From contig NC_045697.1 of assembly GCF_009834535.1 (NCBI RefSeq), positions 45,696,001 to 45,760,000 of the forward strand: 64,000 nucleotides of DNA, in the 5' to 3' direction. Made by a program: the position numbers and the translations under genes. Positions 10,850 through 22,799 of the stretch are shown piece after piece; positions within the stretch are counted from its first letter, which is position 1, and each line of letters begins with the position of its first letter. Source of the DNA: Camelus ferus. Taxonomy: Eukaryota. A model generated the notes under the pieces. That model had not been told where the DNA came from, ran no database searches, and saw nothing but the letters and a program-made list of their open reading frames with translations.

Positions 10850-12590
10850 CTGCAGCCTCATTGAGAGAACTGTGCCTTTTTTTCTCTCTTTCTCCAGTTG
10901 TTTTTACAATTATTCTCTTTGTCTTAGGTTTTCAGAAGGATTTATTATGGGATACATAGTTGTGGCTTTGTTTCATTCATCCTCTTTAGGATTAATAAGT
11001 TTTCATTTATTTATAAAGACTTGATATCTTTAGTTTATTATTTTTGAAAACTAGTATCTCTTCAGCTTGTTATGTTTTCACCTTGTTATTTTTTCACCTT
11101 ATTATCTCTCTTGACTACATTAGAACCCCTGTATATAACCAAAGAAACAAAAACACTAATTCGAAAAGACACATGCACCACAATGTTCACAGCAGCATTA
11201 TTTATAATAGCCAAATATGGAAGCAACCTAAGTGTCCATCAGCAGATAAGGAAGATGTGTTTTATTCAACACACAATGGAATACTACTCAGCCATAAAAA
11301 TAATGAGTCTTGCCATTTGCAGTGACATGGGTGGACTTGGAGGGCGTTATGCTAAGTGAAATAAGTCAGACAGAGAAAGACACATACAGTGTATCACCTA
11401 TATGTGGAATTTAAAAAATACAACAAACTAGTGAATATAACAAAAAAGAAGCAGACTCACTGATACAGAAAAAAACTAGTGGTTACCAGTGGGAAGGGAT
11501 GGGGGTGGGCAATATAGGGGTGGGGGAGTGGGAGGTACAAACTACTGGATACAAGATAGGATCAAGGCTGTATTGTACAATCTGGGGAGTATAGCCAATA
11601 TTTTGGAATAACTGTGAATGGAAAGTAACCTTTAAAAGCGTATAAAAATAAAAAATTAATAAAAAATTTAATAACAACAATAAAAGAATCCGTATGACAG
11701 TTACATTAGGTTCTTCATCTCTTACATTCCTTTATATACCTTCCATCTTTCTTTCTTTCACTGCTTTAGTCTAGAGAGCTTTTATCTGCTGCTAAACATG
11801 TCTATTGTGTTCTTAATTTCATTAATTGTATTTTTCACTTTTAGAATTTTCAATTTTTGCATATACTGTGGGTTCTGTGGGAAGTTACCAATATTGTCAT
11901 TTATTATCTCAAATATATTAATCAGTTATTTTAAAGTCTTTACCTGGTAACTTCACTGCCTTGACCCTTTTAGGCTTTCTATTATTTGTTTTCCTCTCTC
12001 GCTTTTATGTCACTTGTCCTTGCCTGCTGACATTCTGATAGTTATTGATTAAATGTCAGACACTGAGTATGAAAAACTGAAGGAGTTTTGGATAAAGTTA
12101 TGTTCTTCCAGAAAAGATCTACTTCTCTTCAGGTTGTCAGTAAAAGTGGTATAAATCAAGGACTGTCATCTAATCAAGGACTGAGGGATTAAGACTGGGT
12201 GTTAGCTTTGGTGGAGTCTGTCTAATTTGAGTTTCCCTTTATTCACAGAGCATAGCCTTTCAGAGGTCTCACTAAAAAACATGTTTTCCAGCGCTCTTTC
12301 TCACTGGCAGCCCTTGTCCTTTTGGTTCTGTGAGAGAGATGTAAATTCTGCTTTACATGGTAGACAGTCTCTGATAAAACCACGCCACGCCACCACTGCA
12401 CAGCAGGCCCGATCTGGCCCTCAGGGAGTAGTTTGCTGCTCCCTGCTTTAGGTTGTCACTTTCTGCATCACCTCAATGCTGTGCCTGAAATTTGGCTAAT
12501 ATTCCTTTGGGGAAAATGGCAGAGAAAGATGAGTCACCTAAATTTCTTTCTGGAATGTGGGGCCCTCAAATGCTGGCTGCTATAGTTGCT
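10850..12590 (-). mobile_element. Ancient L1ME-type 5'/ORF1 region, interrupted by a young L1 3' end
   Basis: ttctctttgtcttaggttttcag...; tcttaatttcattaattgtatttttcacttttagaattttc; ttattttaaagtctttacctggtaac; ttcttccagaaaagatctact are typical antisense L1M 5'-end blocks. Confidence 0.55.
11130..11685 (+). mobile_element. 5'-truncated young L1 (ORF2 C-terminus plus 3'UTR and A-rich tail)
   Basis: ORF 11072-11359 encodes KTLIRKDTCTTMFTAALFIIAK (L1 ORF2 C-terminus); G-rich 3'UTR tract at 11490-11533; A-rich tail at 11642-11685. Confidence 0.95.
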
Positions 12591-12616
12591 CCCTAATTAA
12601 TTATATTAAAAAAAAA

Positions 12617-12750
12617 TTTTGGGGGGGGTAGGTAATTAGGGTTTTTAAATTAATTAATTCATTAATTTTTAAATGGAAGTACTGGGGATTGAACCCAGGA
12701 CCTCATGCATACAAAGCACACACTCTACCACTGAGCTATCTCCTCCCCCC
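12617..12750 (-). mobile_element. tRNA-derived SINE, camelid Vic-1-like
   Basis: Minus strand reads GGGGGGAGGAGA-TAGCTCAGTGG (A box)-...-GGTTCAATCC (B box)-CCAGTACTTCCATT...CCTAATTACCTACCCCCCCC-AAAA. Confidence 0.88.
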
Positions 12751-13084
12751 TTAAAACATTATATTCATTTATTTATCATTTTTAACCCTGCCTTTATACT
12801 TATACTCAGTGGAAGGGATGGCCTGATACAGATTATTCCACAGTAGCCAGAAATAGAAGTTTCATCTACATATCACTCTTCTTTTTGATTAGGAAACTGT
12901 CTTCCACACAGCTGCTGTATTCTTTAAGAGCTTCCTTGATTTCTAGCATATCAGAATATTCTAGGTTTATCTCCTATATCTGGAAGAAGGCAGATGATGC
13001 AATCTTGATAGGTTGGCTTTACTTGAAAATAAAAGACATGAAGTAGGAGATAAAAAATAAGAAATACTTTTTTAATTAGGGGGA

Positions 13085-13260
13085 AAGGAGAGGGAAGCAG
13101 GGAGCTATTCAGATAAAGTGAACAGCAAATTAAAAGTCTTGAAATGGGAGTGTGTGTGAAATGTTTTAGGAGCAACAAGAAAGTCAGCATGGTCAAAGCT
13201 GAAGAATAAGCAGGGGCACCAGAAGGAGAGTATGTCCAAGGGCAGAGAGAGGTACAAGGC
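13085..13260 (-). mobile_element. L2 fragment
   Basis: attcagataaagtgaacagcaaattaaaagtcttgaaatgggagtgtg...aggagcaacaagaaagtcagcatggtcaaagc. Confidence 0.7.
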
Positions 13261-13394
13261 ACAAGGCCTAAAATTTACTATGCATTTGCTGAGCATTCCT
13301 CAGTTTTCTACATGTACATATTATAAAAATATAAACACTGTTAAAAAATGTACAGAAGAGGGAAAGAATAAAGCTATTCTAGAAAAATATGTAG

Positions 13395-13575
13395 TCTTTT
13401 CTAATTCTTATCACACTATGAACTGGATATTAATATTTCCATTTTATAGATGAAGAATTTGATGCTTTGAGATGTTAACTAAACTGTCCAAGATCATAAA
13501 ACTAAGAAGAGATAGGACTAAGAGTCAAACCTCAGTGTTTTACATCCATATGACTTGTATTTCTCCATATGCCAT
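13395..13575 (-). mobile_element. MIR fragment
   Basis: ccattttatagatgaagaatttgatgctttgagatgttaactaaactgtccaagatcata. Confidence 0.75.
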
Positions 13576-13889
13576 GCTGGGAAATTTGGGAGGGTTAGTT
13601 AAGATCAGTACTGATGTAACTAAACAGAGAACCCTGCCTAGTCTGGATGAAAAGTCAAAGCAAGCACATGAGTGACCTAACAGAAAGTGAAGTCAAACAA
13701 TCAAATGTCCTAGTGGTAGAAGAGTAGATGAAGTAGGGGTGGAGGCTGGAGTAGACATAGGGGTTAAGCAATTTCAGTATACTTTATGGATTTGTATCTG
13801 AACACATAAAAATATGTGATTTTCAAAGAGGAAAAATATTTGTTGTGGCTCCACCCAAAAGGTAAATATCTTTCTATTAATGATGAATG

Positions 13890-14530
13890 TACAAAATAGG
13901 AGGAGGACTAATCCTCTCTGGTGTGTGTGATTTAGATCACACCTGAAATTTGCAATCTGGGAACCAAACTTCAATAAGCAATAAATGATTAAAGTGGAAT
14001 ATGTAAAGAAGAGAGAGGACATGGTGATGAGGTAGCCAGTCACCGAAAAGTAAGTGTTTAAGCAAATGAGAGTTTTAAGGGTGGAGGAGATCTTAGGAGT
14101 AAATGGTAAATGATTTGTCCTCTTTAAAGGGTTATAATCAGATCAAGTGGCTAGACTTACTCTGTTTCATTCCAGAATTCATATCTATCTGTATCTCTAG
14201 TTATCTATCAGTATATCTATATTTTCAATTACTTAATCTGTTTGAAAATGTAGTCAGCTACCTTTGCAGTGGTTCTTAACTCTTTTGAGGATGCTGACAT
14301 CTTGGGGAATTTGATTAAGATTGGAAACAGACACATGAATCCAAAAATTTGCATATAACTTCAAGGCATTATCTGATCCATAAAACTCATTTAGGCACTC
14401 CTACAGCATCTGTGAACCCCAAGTTAAGAACCTGGGAGAGATTGAGAGTTCTCTGTTCTAGAAACATTTAAGTAGAGGCTGAGAAGCCACTGTAGCCTGA
14501 CATTGTAGAGAAGGATGCTTTGATGAATTT
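13890..14530 (+). mobile_element. L3/CR1 LINE remnant, interrupted by a hAT MITE
   Basis: agatcacacctgaa...tctgggaaccaaactt...; tagacttactctgtttcattccaga; gagttctctgttctagaaacatttaagtagaggctg...cattgtagagaagga are collinear with the CR1/L3 3' ORF2 consensus. Confidence 0.6.
14267..14434 (+). mobile_element. hAT-Charlie MITE (MER117-like)
   Basis: Terminal inverted repeats CAGTGGTTCTTAAC ... GTTAAGAACCTG; internal aaaaatttgcatataacttcaagg. Confidence 0.75.
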
Positions 14531-15409
14531 CTGGCGATGGTCCTAAAATAAGTGTGAAAATTGCCAAATTAGCATGATATATCTGTATGTTCCCTCTCTT
14601 GATCACCTGTACAAGGATATCCTTGTATCCTAAACAGTCATAAAAGCCTCATTACCTTGAAGCATTTCATCCATTGCACCTTTTAAATTATTTCCATGGT
14701 GTTAGAGTTGGCAAGAGAGTACTTTGAACCTGGTGGCAATGATCTCCATCCAGGGGAAAAAAAAAGAAAAAGATGCAACCTGAGCCAGAACACCATCTAC
14801 TCTACGAGACAATTTCTTTTATAAAATGCCAATATCCTCAAATGGCATCAAATTGTCGTATTTATTTTGTTGACTCAGTTGGTTCCTAAATTGCAATTCA
14901 AATCACTTACTGGAATATTTCAATGTGTTAAAAATAATATCGAAACAAACAAAGTTCATGCCTTTCTCACTTCATACAACCATTTTGTTTATGAATTTGC
15001 ATCCCAGACAAACTTGTTTTATTTGGATGGCTAGTTTTTCAAAAATATTCTCCAACCTTCTCAAAAGTCCAAGATTTTAAACTTTTGGACAAACATATTT
15101 GTACAAAATCAGTATTTTTTTCACTTTTGGTGTCCTGGTGCTTCTTTTAGTTAATTTTCAAATTATTTCTTGTTTTGCAGTTTGTCTCAGGCAACGAATG
15201 CTTGGTTAGAGTTTGGAAGACTATGTTCTAATTTCATTCCCCAAACTGATTAACTAGATGAGCTAAAAATACATCAACCTAACAGAGCCAAACAGCAAGG
15301 AAATAAATATTGTGTGTTACAGATGGAAGAGGTCTAGTCATGAATTAGTGAATACAGTGAATGAATACATAAAATTGAAAATCCATTATTTTTATTATTA
15401 AACTTAAAA

Positions 15410-15890
15410 TCATTTATTATTTATAACTATTAAGGTAATATATGACCACTGAAAAAACCTGCATATAAAGAGATGCATAAGGAAAACACATTTAAGAATC
15501 TGTAATTCTAGCACCCTGAGATATTAAAATTATGTTTTAATACCTTCCTGTCTTCTTTTATACCTTACAAGTATATCTCTCTATATTACACACTCATTTT
15601 GACTAGAAGCATGTTTAAACATAGGTTTATAGCTCAGTTTTCTACTAAGCAATATCTTCATGCAGTTGTTCTCAAAACACAGTTTTTAATAGCTACATCA
15701 TAATTCACCAAATAAAGACAATTTTTAATGAGTCTTTTCTTTGGACATTTAATTTATTCTAATTTTTATAAGTATGACTGTGATGAATGTCCTTGTTCAT
15801 AAATATTTAGGAACAGAATCACTATATCAAAGAATGTGAATGTTGTAAGCTTTTTGATATGTATCACTAAAGTAGCTTCCATAGATTCTA
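15410..15890 (-). mobile_element. Old L1ME-type 3' end
   Basis: tttttaatagctacatcataattc...ttggacatttaatttattc...ctgtgatgaatgtccttgttcataaat...tttttgatatgtatcactaaagtagcttcc. Confidence 0.65.
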
Positions 15891-15911
15891 CCTGTTCTTT
15901 GTCCAAAGATC

Positions 15912-18900
15912 TAGAGATCAAGATGGTAGAGTAGGGGACAATGAGCTCACATCCCCCAATGGACACATTCAAAATATATCTATATGTGGAACAATTCTTA
16001 CTGAGAACTTACTGGAGATTGGCAGAAAGAATCCCGTACAACCAAGGCTCCAAGAAAGATCCACATGGAGACAGGTAGAAAGGGAAGAGAAGTGATCACA
16101 TTGAGACCTGTGCCCTTAGGAGGAGATACAGAAGAGGAGAGTGATTACACATGCTTCGAGATCCTCCCTGTGGAGTGAGCATTTTGAACCACATATTGGA
16201 CACTCCAGCCCTTGGTTCTGACACTGGGAAGACAAGTCTCCTTAGCTGCTATGAAAATAAATGGGACTAACAGGATGGCTGTAAAAAATCTAGACTCCAC
16301 TTGTGAAGAGCATGTATATACTTGCTTATTGCTAGGAATGTGAAAGAGGAAACAGATCAAAATTCCCAGGAACTGAATTAAATGATACATTAGACCAGCT
16401 GGACTGAATAGATATCTACAGGACATTCCATCCCAAACAGCAGAGTACACAGTCTTTTCAAGTGTACATAGAACATTTTCTAGGAAAGATCACATGCTAG
16501 GCCACAAAACAAGTCTCAACAAATTATAGAGGATAGAAATTATACCAAACATTTTTTATGACCACCACAGTATGAAACTAGAAATCAATTCCATGGAAAA
16601 ACACCAATATGTGGAGAATAAACAACATGCTACTAAAAAAACCAATGGGTCAATGAAGAAGTCAAAGAGAAAAATCAGAAAATACCTCAAGACAAATGAA
16701 AATGAAAACACAACATTACAAAATTAATGGGATGCATTATGGTAGCTCACAGAGAAAAAAATATGACAATGAATATATACATGTTCATGTATAACTGAAA
16801 AATTGTGCTCTACACTGGAATTTGACACATTGTAAAATGATTATAAATCAATAAAAAAAAGTTAAAAAATATTAATGGGATGCAGCAAAAGCAGTTCTAA
16901 AAGGGAATTTTACAGAGATACAGGCCTACCTCAAGAGACAAGAAAAATCTGAAATGAACAACCTAATCCACCAACAAAAGATAGAAAAAGAAGAACAAAC
17001 AGATCTCAAAGATAGCAGAAGGAAGAAAATAATAAATATCAGACAGGAAATAAATAAAACAAAATCCAAAAATGCAATAGAAAAGATCAAAGAAATCAAG
17101 AACTATTTCTTTGAAAAAATAAACAAAATTTATAAGCCTTTAATCAGGCCTATCAAGAAAAAAAGACAGAAGACCAAAATAAGCAAAATAAGAAAGGAAA
17201 GAGGAGAAATTACAACCAAAATCAAGAGATACAAAAAATCATAAGAGAATTCTATGAACAATTATTGCAAAAAATTGGACAACCTAGAAGAAATGGATTA
17301 ATTTCTAGAAACACCCAACCTTCCAAACTGAATCAGGAAGAAATGGATAATCTGAACAAATTGGTCACTAGTAGTGAAGCTGAATTAGTAATCAAAAAAC
17401 TCCTAGCAAACAAAATTCCAGGACTGGATGGCTTCACAGGGAATTCTAACAAACATATAAAGAAAAGCTAATACCTAACCTTCCCAGACTATTTCAAAAG
17501 TTGAATGTGAGGAAACAGTCCCAAGTTTATTCCACAAGGCCACCATTACCCTGATACTAAAGCTAGAAAAAAAAAAAAACTGCAAAAAAGAATATTACAA
17601 GTCAATATCTCTGATGAATATAAATGCAAAAACCCTCAACAAAATATTAGCAAACTGAACTCAACAATATATAAAAAGGATCATACCATGAACAAGTGGG
17701 ACTTATTCCAGAGATGCAAACATGGTTCAATATTCACAAATTAATCAATGTGGTATGCCACATTAACAAAAGGAAAGATAAAAATCACATGGCTACCTTA
17801 ATAGACACAGAAAAAGCATTTGAAAAAAATCCAACATCTATTCATGATAAAAACTCACATCAAAATTGGTATAGAGGGAATATATCCCCAAATCATAAAG
17901 ACCATTTATGACAAACCCTCAGCTAACATCATACTCAGTGGTGAAAAGCCAAAAGCTTTTCCTTTAAAATCATGAACAAGACCAGGATGCCCACTCTTGC
18001 CACTCCTATTTAACAAAGAATATAAATTATATTGGAAGTCCTAACCACATCAATCAGACAAGAAAAAGAAATAAAAGGCATCCAAATTGGAAGGGAAGAA
18101 GTAAAACTCACTATTTGCAGATGACATAATGCTATATATGCAAAACTTTAAAATCTCCACCAAAAAACTATTAGCAATAATAAAGTAAAGTCAGTAACAT
18201 TGCAAGATACAAGATTAATATACAGAAATCTGTAGCAAGTCTAATTAATCATTAATTACCAGAAAGAGAAAGCAAGAAAACAATCCTATTTAAAATCTCA
18301 TCATGAAGAATAAAATACCTAGGAATGGATCTAACCAAGGAACTGAAGGACTTATACTCTGAAAACTATAAAACATTGATGAAGGAAATTGATGGTGATA
18401 CAAAGAAATGGAAAGATATCCCATTTTCACAAATTAGAAGAATTAATATTGTTAAAATAGCCACATTACCCTAAGCAATCTACAGATTTAATGCAACCCC
18501 TATCAAAATATTCATGACATTTTTCACAGAACTAGAACAAATAATCCTAAAATTTATATGGAACCACAAAAGAACTCAAACAGCCAAAGCAGTTTTGAGA
18601 AAAAAAAGAGCAAAACTGAAGATGGTGTCACACTCTGTAACTTCAGGCTATACTACAAAGCTACAGTAATCAGTACTGTACTGGCACAAAAACAAACACA
18701 TAGATCAATGGAACTAGATAGAAAGCCCTGAAGTAAGCCCACACACTTATGGCCAATTAATCTATGACAAAGGAGGCAAGAACATACATTGGGACAGCAA
18801 CATATAAAAGAATGAAATTGGAACATTTTCTCTCACCATATATAAAAGTAAACCCAAAATGGATTAAAGACTTAAATGTAAGACTGAAAACTATAAAACT

Positions 18901-20114
18901 CCTAGAAGAGAACATAGGCAGAACACTCTTTACATAAATCATAGCAACACTTTTTGGATCTGTCTCCTAAGGCAAAGGAAACAAAAACAAAAAGTTAACA
19001 CATGGGGCCTAATTAAACTTAAAAGCTTTTGCAGAGAAAGGAGACTATTGTCAAATAAAAAAAGACAATCTACTGGATGGAAGAAAATATTTGCAAGTGA
19101 TATGACAGGTAAGAGGTTAATATCCAAAATATATAAATGGGTCATACAAATCAATATCAAAAACCAAAAAACAAATAAACAAAAAAAAAACCTGATTAAA
19201 GAATGGGCAGAAGGTCTGAATACACATTCTCCCAAAGAAGACATACAGATGGCCAACAGGCACATGAAAAGATGCTCAACATTGCTAATCATTAGAGAAA
19301 TGCAAATCAAAACCACAATATCATCTGACACATCTCAGAATGACTATCATCAAAAAGACCACAAATAACAAATGTTGGTGAGGATATGGAGAAAAGAGAA
19401 CCCTAGTACACTGTTGGTGGGAATGTAAATTGGTGCAGCCACTTTGGAACAGTATAGAGTTCCTCAAAAAACTAAAACAGACCTACCACATGATCCAGCA
19501 ATTTCATGCTTGGATATATATCTGAGGAAAATGAAAACACTAATTTGAAAAGATCCATGCACCCCAATGTTCAAAGCAGCTTTATTTACAAAAGACAGTA
19601 TCTGGAAGCATCCTAAGTGTCCATCAACAGTTGAATGGATAAAGAAGACGTGTATAAATATATTCCATTGCATATTGAAATAGTACTCAGCCATAAAAAA
19701 GAGTGAAATTTGCCATTTGCAACAACATGGATGGACCTGGAGGGTCATAAACTTAGTGAAATAAGTCAGAGAAAGACAAATACTATATGTTTTCACTTAT
19801 ATGTATAACCTAAAAAATAAAATAAATGAATGAATATGCAAAACAGAAACTAACTCACAGATATAGAGAACAAACTAGTGGTTACCAGAGGGGAGAGGGA
19901 AAGGGTGGGGTACAACATAGGGGTATGAGATTAAGAAGTACAAAATACTATGTACAAAGTTGATAAGCTATAAGGATATGTTATACAGCACAGGGAATAT
20001 GGCCAATATTTTATAATAACTTAAAATGGAGTATAATCCAGAAAAATACTGAATTGCTATCTTGTACACCTGAAATTAATACAAATTGTAAATCAACTAT
20101 ACTTCAATAAAAAA
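15912..20114 (+). mobile_element. LINE-1 with start of 5'UTR, no ORF1, disrupted ORF2 (EN remainder, RT, C-terminus), 3'UTR and polyA
   Basis: 5' start gagatcaagatggtagagtagg; from 16378 LNDTLDQLD*IDIYRTFHPK (EN); TRPGCPLLPLLF near 17975; LFADD at 18111-18125; ORFs 16954, 17265, 17696 and 19048 are ORF2 fragments; aataaaaaa at 20106-20114; many stops and frameshifts. Confidence 0.97.
16737..16870 (+). mobile_element. Short, younger L1 3'-end insertion inside the larger L1
   Basis: 134 bp ending in aataaaaaaaagttaaaaaat, flanked by an exact 14-bp direct repeat attaatgggatgca (16723-16736 and 16871-16884). Confidence 0.92.
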
Positions 20115-22004
20115 GCTGTCCAAAATGTTTTTTTAAAAAGAGAAAATAAAGATTAGACATATAAATGTATATATTTATGTTAGCAGAGAATAAAGTATGA
20201 AAGGATATATACTACTGGTAGGGGATGTTTAGAAGTACAAAAAGATTATTTAGTTTTGTCTAAACTGATATTATTTTTGTTGTTCAAAATATAGGTATTA
20301 CTATGCTTCCCCTAAAAAGGTATTCCTGTGTCAAATTTTGGTGATTGTGAGGGTAACTCTTGTGCCTGGAAAAATTAATTATAGCTATTTAGATTCTTTA
20401 AATTAATATCAAATTTAATCAATTCACAAAATCACAAACCTGTTTTACCTAATGTTTTAAGTTATATTTTTTCATTATTCTTTTCATAAATTGAGAAAAT
20501 TTTAATAATCTTTCAAGAGAGTTTTTGATTAATGAAAGTAACTAGTCTAATGTAAACAAACCAAGATTTCTTAACAATCCCTACCATTTACAAACTTAAT
20601 TAAATTCTTTGAAATACTTTCAACTACTCATGTATAAATTTGTTATTATCTTTCTTTTGAAGTAATTCAATAACTTCAAGTTAGCAATTTGCTAGAGTAC
20701 TTTAACTTTAGTAACCCTAATATATTAAACTCTTAAGTGTAAAGACAGTTAAGACTCATTAATAAAATGAAAGATTATTGCATAACTTTTGACCTACAAA
20801 TTGCAAGCCTCAAAAAATTATTCAGATACACATTTAATTGGAATCTAAGGCTCACTTGCTAAATACTATTTCCAATTCCCTGATTAAAACATTTTAAATA
20901 TCAAATAAAATGATGGATGAAATTATTATAAAACTATGCATTTCTAGATTTAACAAAAACATAGTAAGGTTATGCTAACAATTTACCCTTTATCATCTAT
21001 ATTTGCAATTCTAATACTTCTAGAGTTTTAAAGAAAATTATCCACATCAAGGAAAAGAGAAATTTGGGATCACCATGTTTTGCAGAACGAAAGATTAAAA
21101 ATGGACTCCAAACATCCAGATGGATTTTTTTCTTGCCCATGAAGGACACACTGGGCCACAAGTCACTGTAACAACCATCAATTCAAGGCCATACTTTCTA
21201 AATAGAGTTGGGTAATAGCACCACACCTCTCAACCCAGGCAATTTTAGCAGAGATTATCTTCTGTTTTGAGTCATACCCTACTTACTTTAACACTTACTA
21301 GGATTCAATGAATCTAGACTCTGCTTCATACCATTCTGAATTTGTTTCATATTCTTACAGGATAGCCAGGGCACAATTCTTAAGAATATTTAAATGGTAT
21401 CTGACTGTATCCCTGTATCTCTCAGAGCTATGCTGATTCTGTGGTTATATCAGTCCCAGCAATGACAATTGTAGAAAAATGCGCTTTTTCAAGTGGTTAT
21501 AGACAAATATTAATCTAAATATATATGAGATTTTAGTTTAATGATGTATATAGAGTCACTATTCTATGCAGCCCAGGGATGAGTTCCCTGAAATGCGAGT
21601 CAGAGCTGAATGAAATTAATAGTGCTTATTTCTCACATAACTGTGTTCCATGTCCTTATATGGCCAGTCATGTCTTCTCTTCTTCACACCCTTTGAAGCA
21701 ATCAGATGCCTGCAGCACACATTTTGCTGGCAATTCTTGATATGCTTTTTATCACTTTTCTTTAGGCTCCATTGATATTTATAATGTCCTTTGTAAAGGA
21801 AAACATTTCCACTAATTTCTTATTGACTACTGCTCTTTACCTATTTGGTTGTTACCTTAAATGTGTTTCTCTGCCCCAAGACAGTAAAACTTTAGATTTT
21901 CCTATCCCATGTGATTTGCCTACCTTGATTAGCCAGACATGATAGGTTAAAACCAGTTATAAAAACCTAAAGTATTGGCCAACAACACTCAGCAATTACA
22001 AAAT

Positions 22005-22470
22005 ACGAGGCAGTCATTGCTAATGGTGCTCTGATCCTCATTTTTCCTTTCTTCTGTAATAATAAAAATTTTGGCTAGATCTGTCATTGTTCACCAAAAA
22101 CTGAATTTCTAGGAGTCCCTTGCAGCTAGGAATGGCTAGTTGACTAAGCTCTTAAAAAATGGGATGCAAGAGGAAGCAACTTCTTGTCATTCTCTTAAAT
22201 AGAAATGTCCATACCCTCTCTGTTCTTCCCCTTGTCCATATCTGCTGGAGTTATGGCCCGTGCCAGAGAAGTCACCTTAGAGTACATAATGGACATAGTG
22301 GAAGATGTATGTTTAGGATGGCTGAGCACCAACATGGAAGGAGCACAGGTCCCCACCACTACAGGCCACCATTGCAGACTAGATGCTTAGAGTCAGCCTA
22401 ATACTTAAGTGAAATAAAAAAAAAAAAAACTTATACTTTCCCATCCATTACTACTTCAAAAGACTTCTAA
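22005..22470 (+). mobile_element. MaLR LTR (MLT1J-like)
   Basis: cccttgcagctagg...tgactaagctc...aatgggatgcaagaggaag...taggatggctgagcaccaacatggaaggagcacaggtccc. Confidence 0.75.
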
Positions 22471-22799
22471 CTAGTAATGCAAGCCAAGAAGATGCACAGA
22501 AAAGTGCCAAAGTAGTAGTTTTTACTGGTTGAGCACAAGTAATAGACTTTATTCAATTGAATTGATTGGGTAGGAGAACAAATTTAGTTATAGTTAACTG
22601 TACCGTTTAGTATTATAATTAATGTTTATATATGTAAAAAGTTTCTGTATCAAGTAACTATATTTCTGAGCAAATATGGATGTACCTCTTCATTGGTGGG
22701 AGGTAAATAAATTTGGCCTGTGCCTGATACTTTGCAAAAGCTTGTATATCTATCCTGGCATTAACACATTAAATTAAGAAATACGGTTCAAAATAGCTC

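Noticed and set aside
11490..11533. G-quadruplex-like G tracts (also 19889-19923)
   Set aside because: Standard G-rich tract of L1 3'UTRs; not locus-specific
12680..12750. tRNA-like sequence with A and B boxes
   Set aside because: Continues into a SINE tail and has mismatched stems; it is a SINE head, not a tRNA gene
16954..19368. Several 68-106 aa plus-strand ORFs with K/I-rich protein-like sequence
   Set aside because: Frameshifted fragments of L1 ORF2, not cellular genes; the minus-strand ORFs at 18939, 19464 and 35935 are antisense L1 reads
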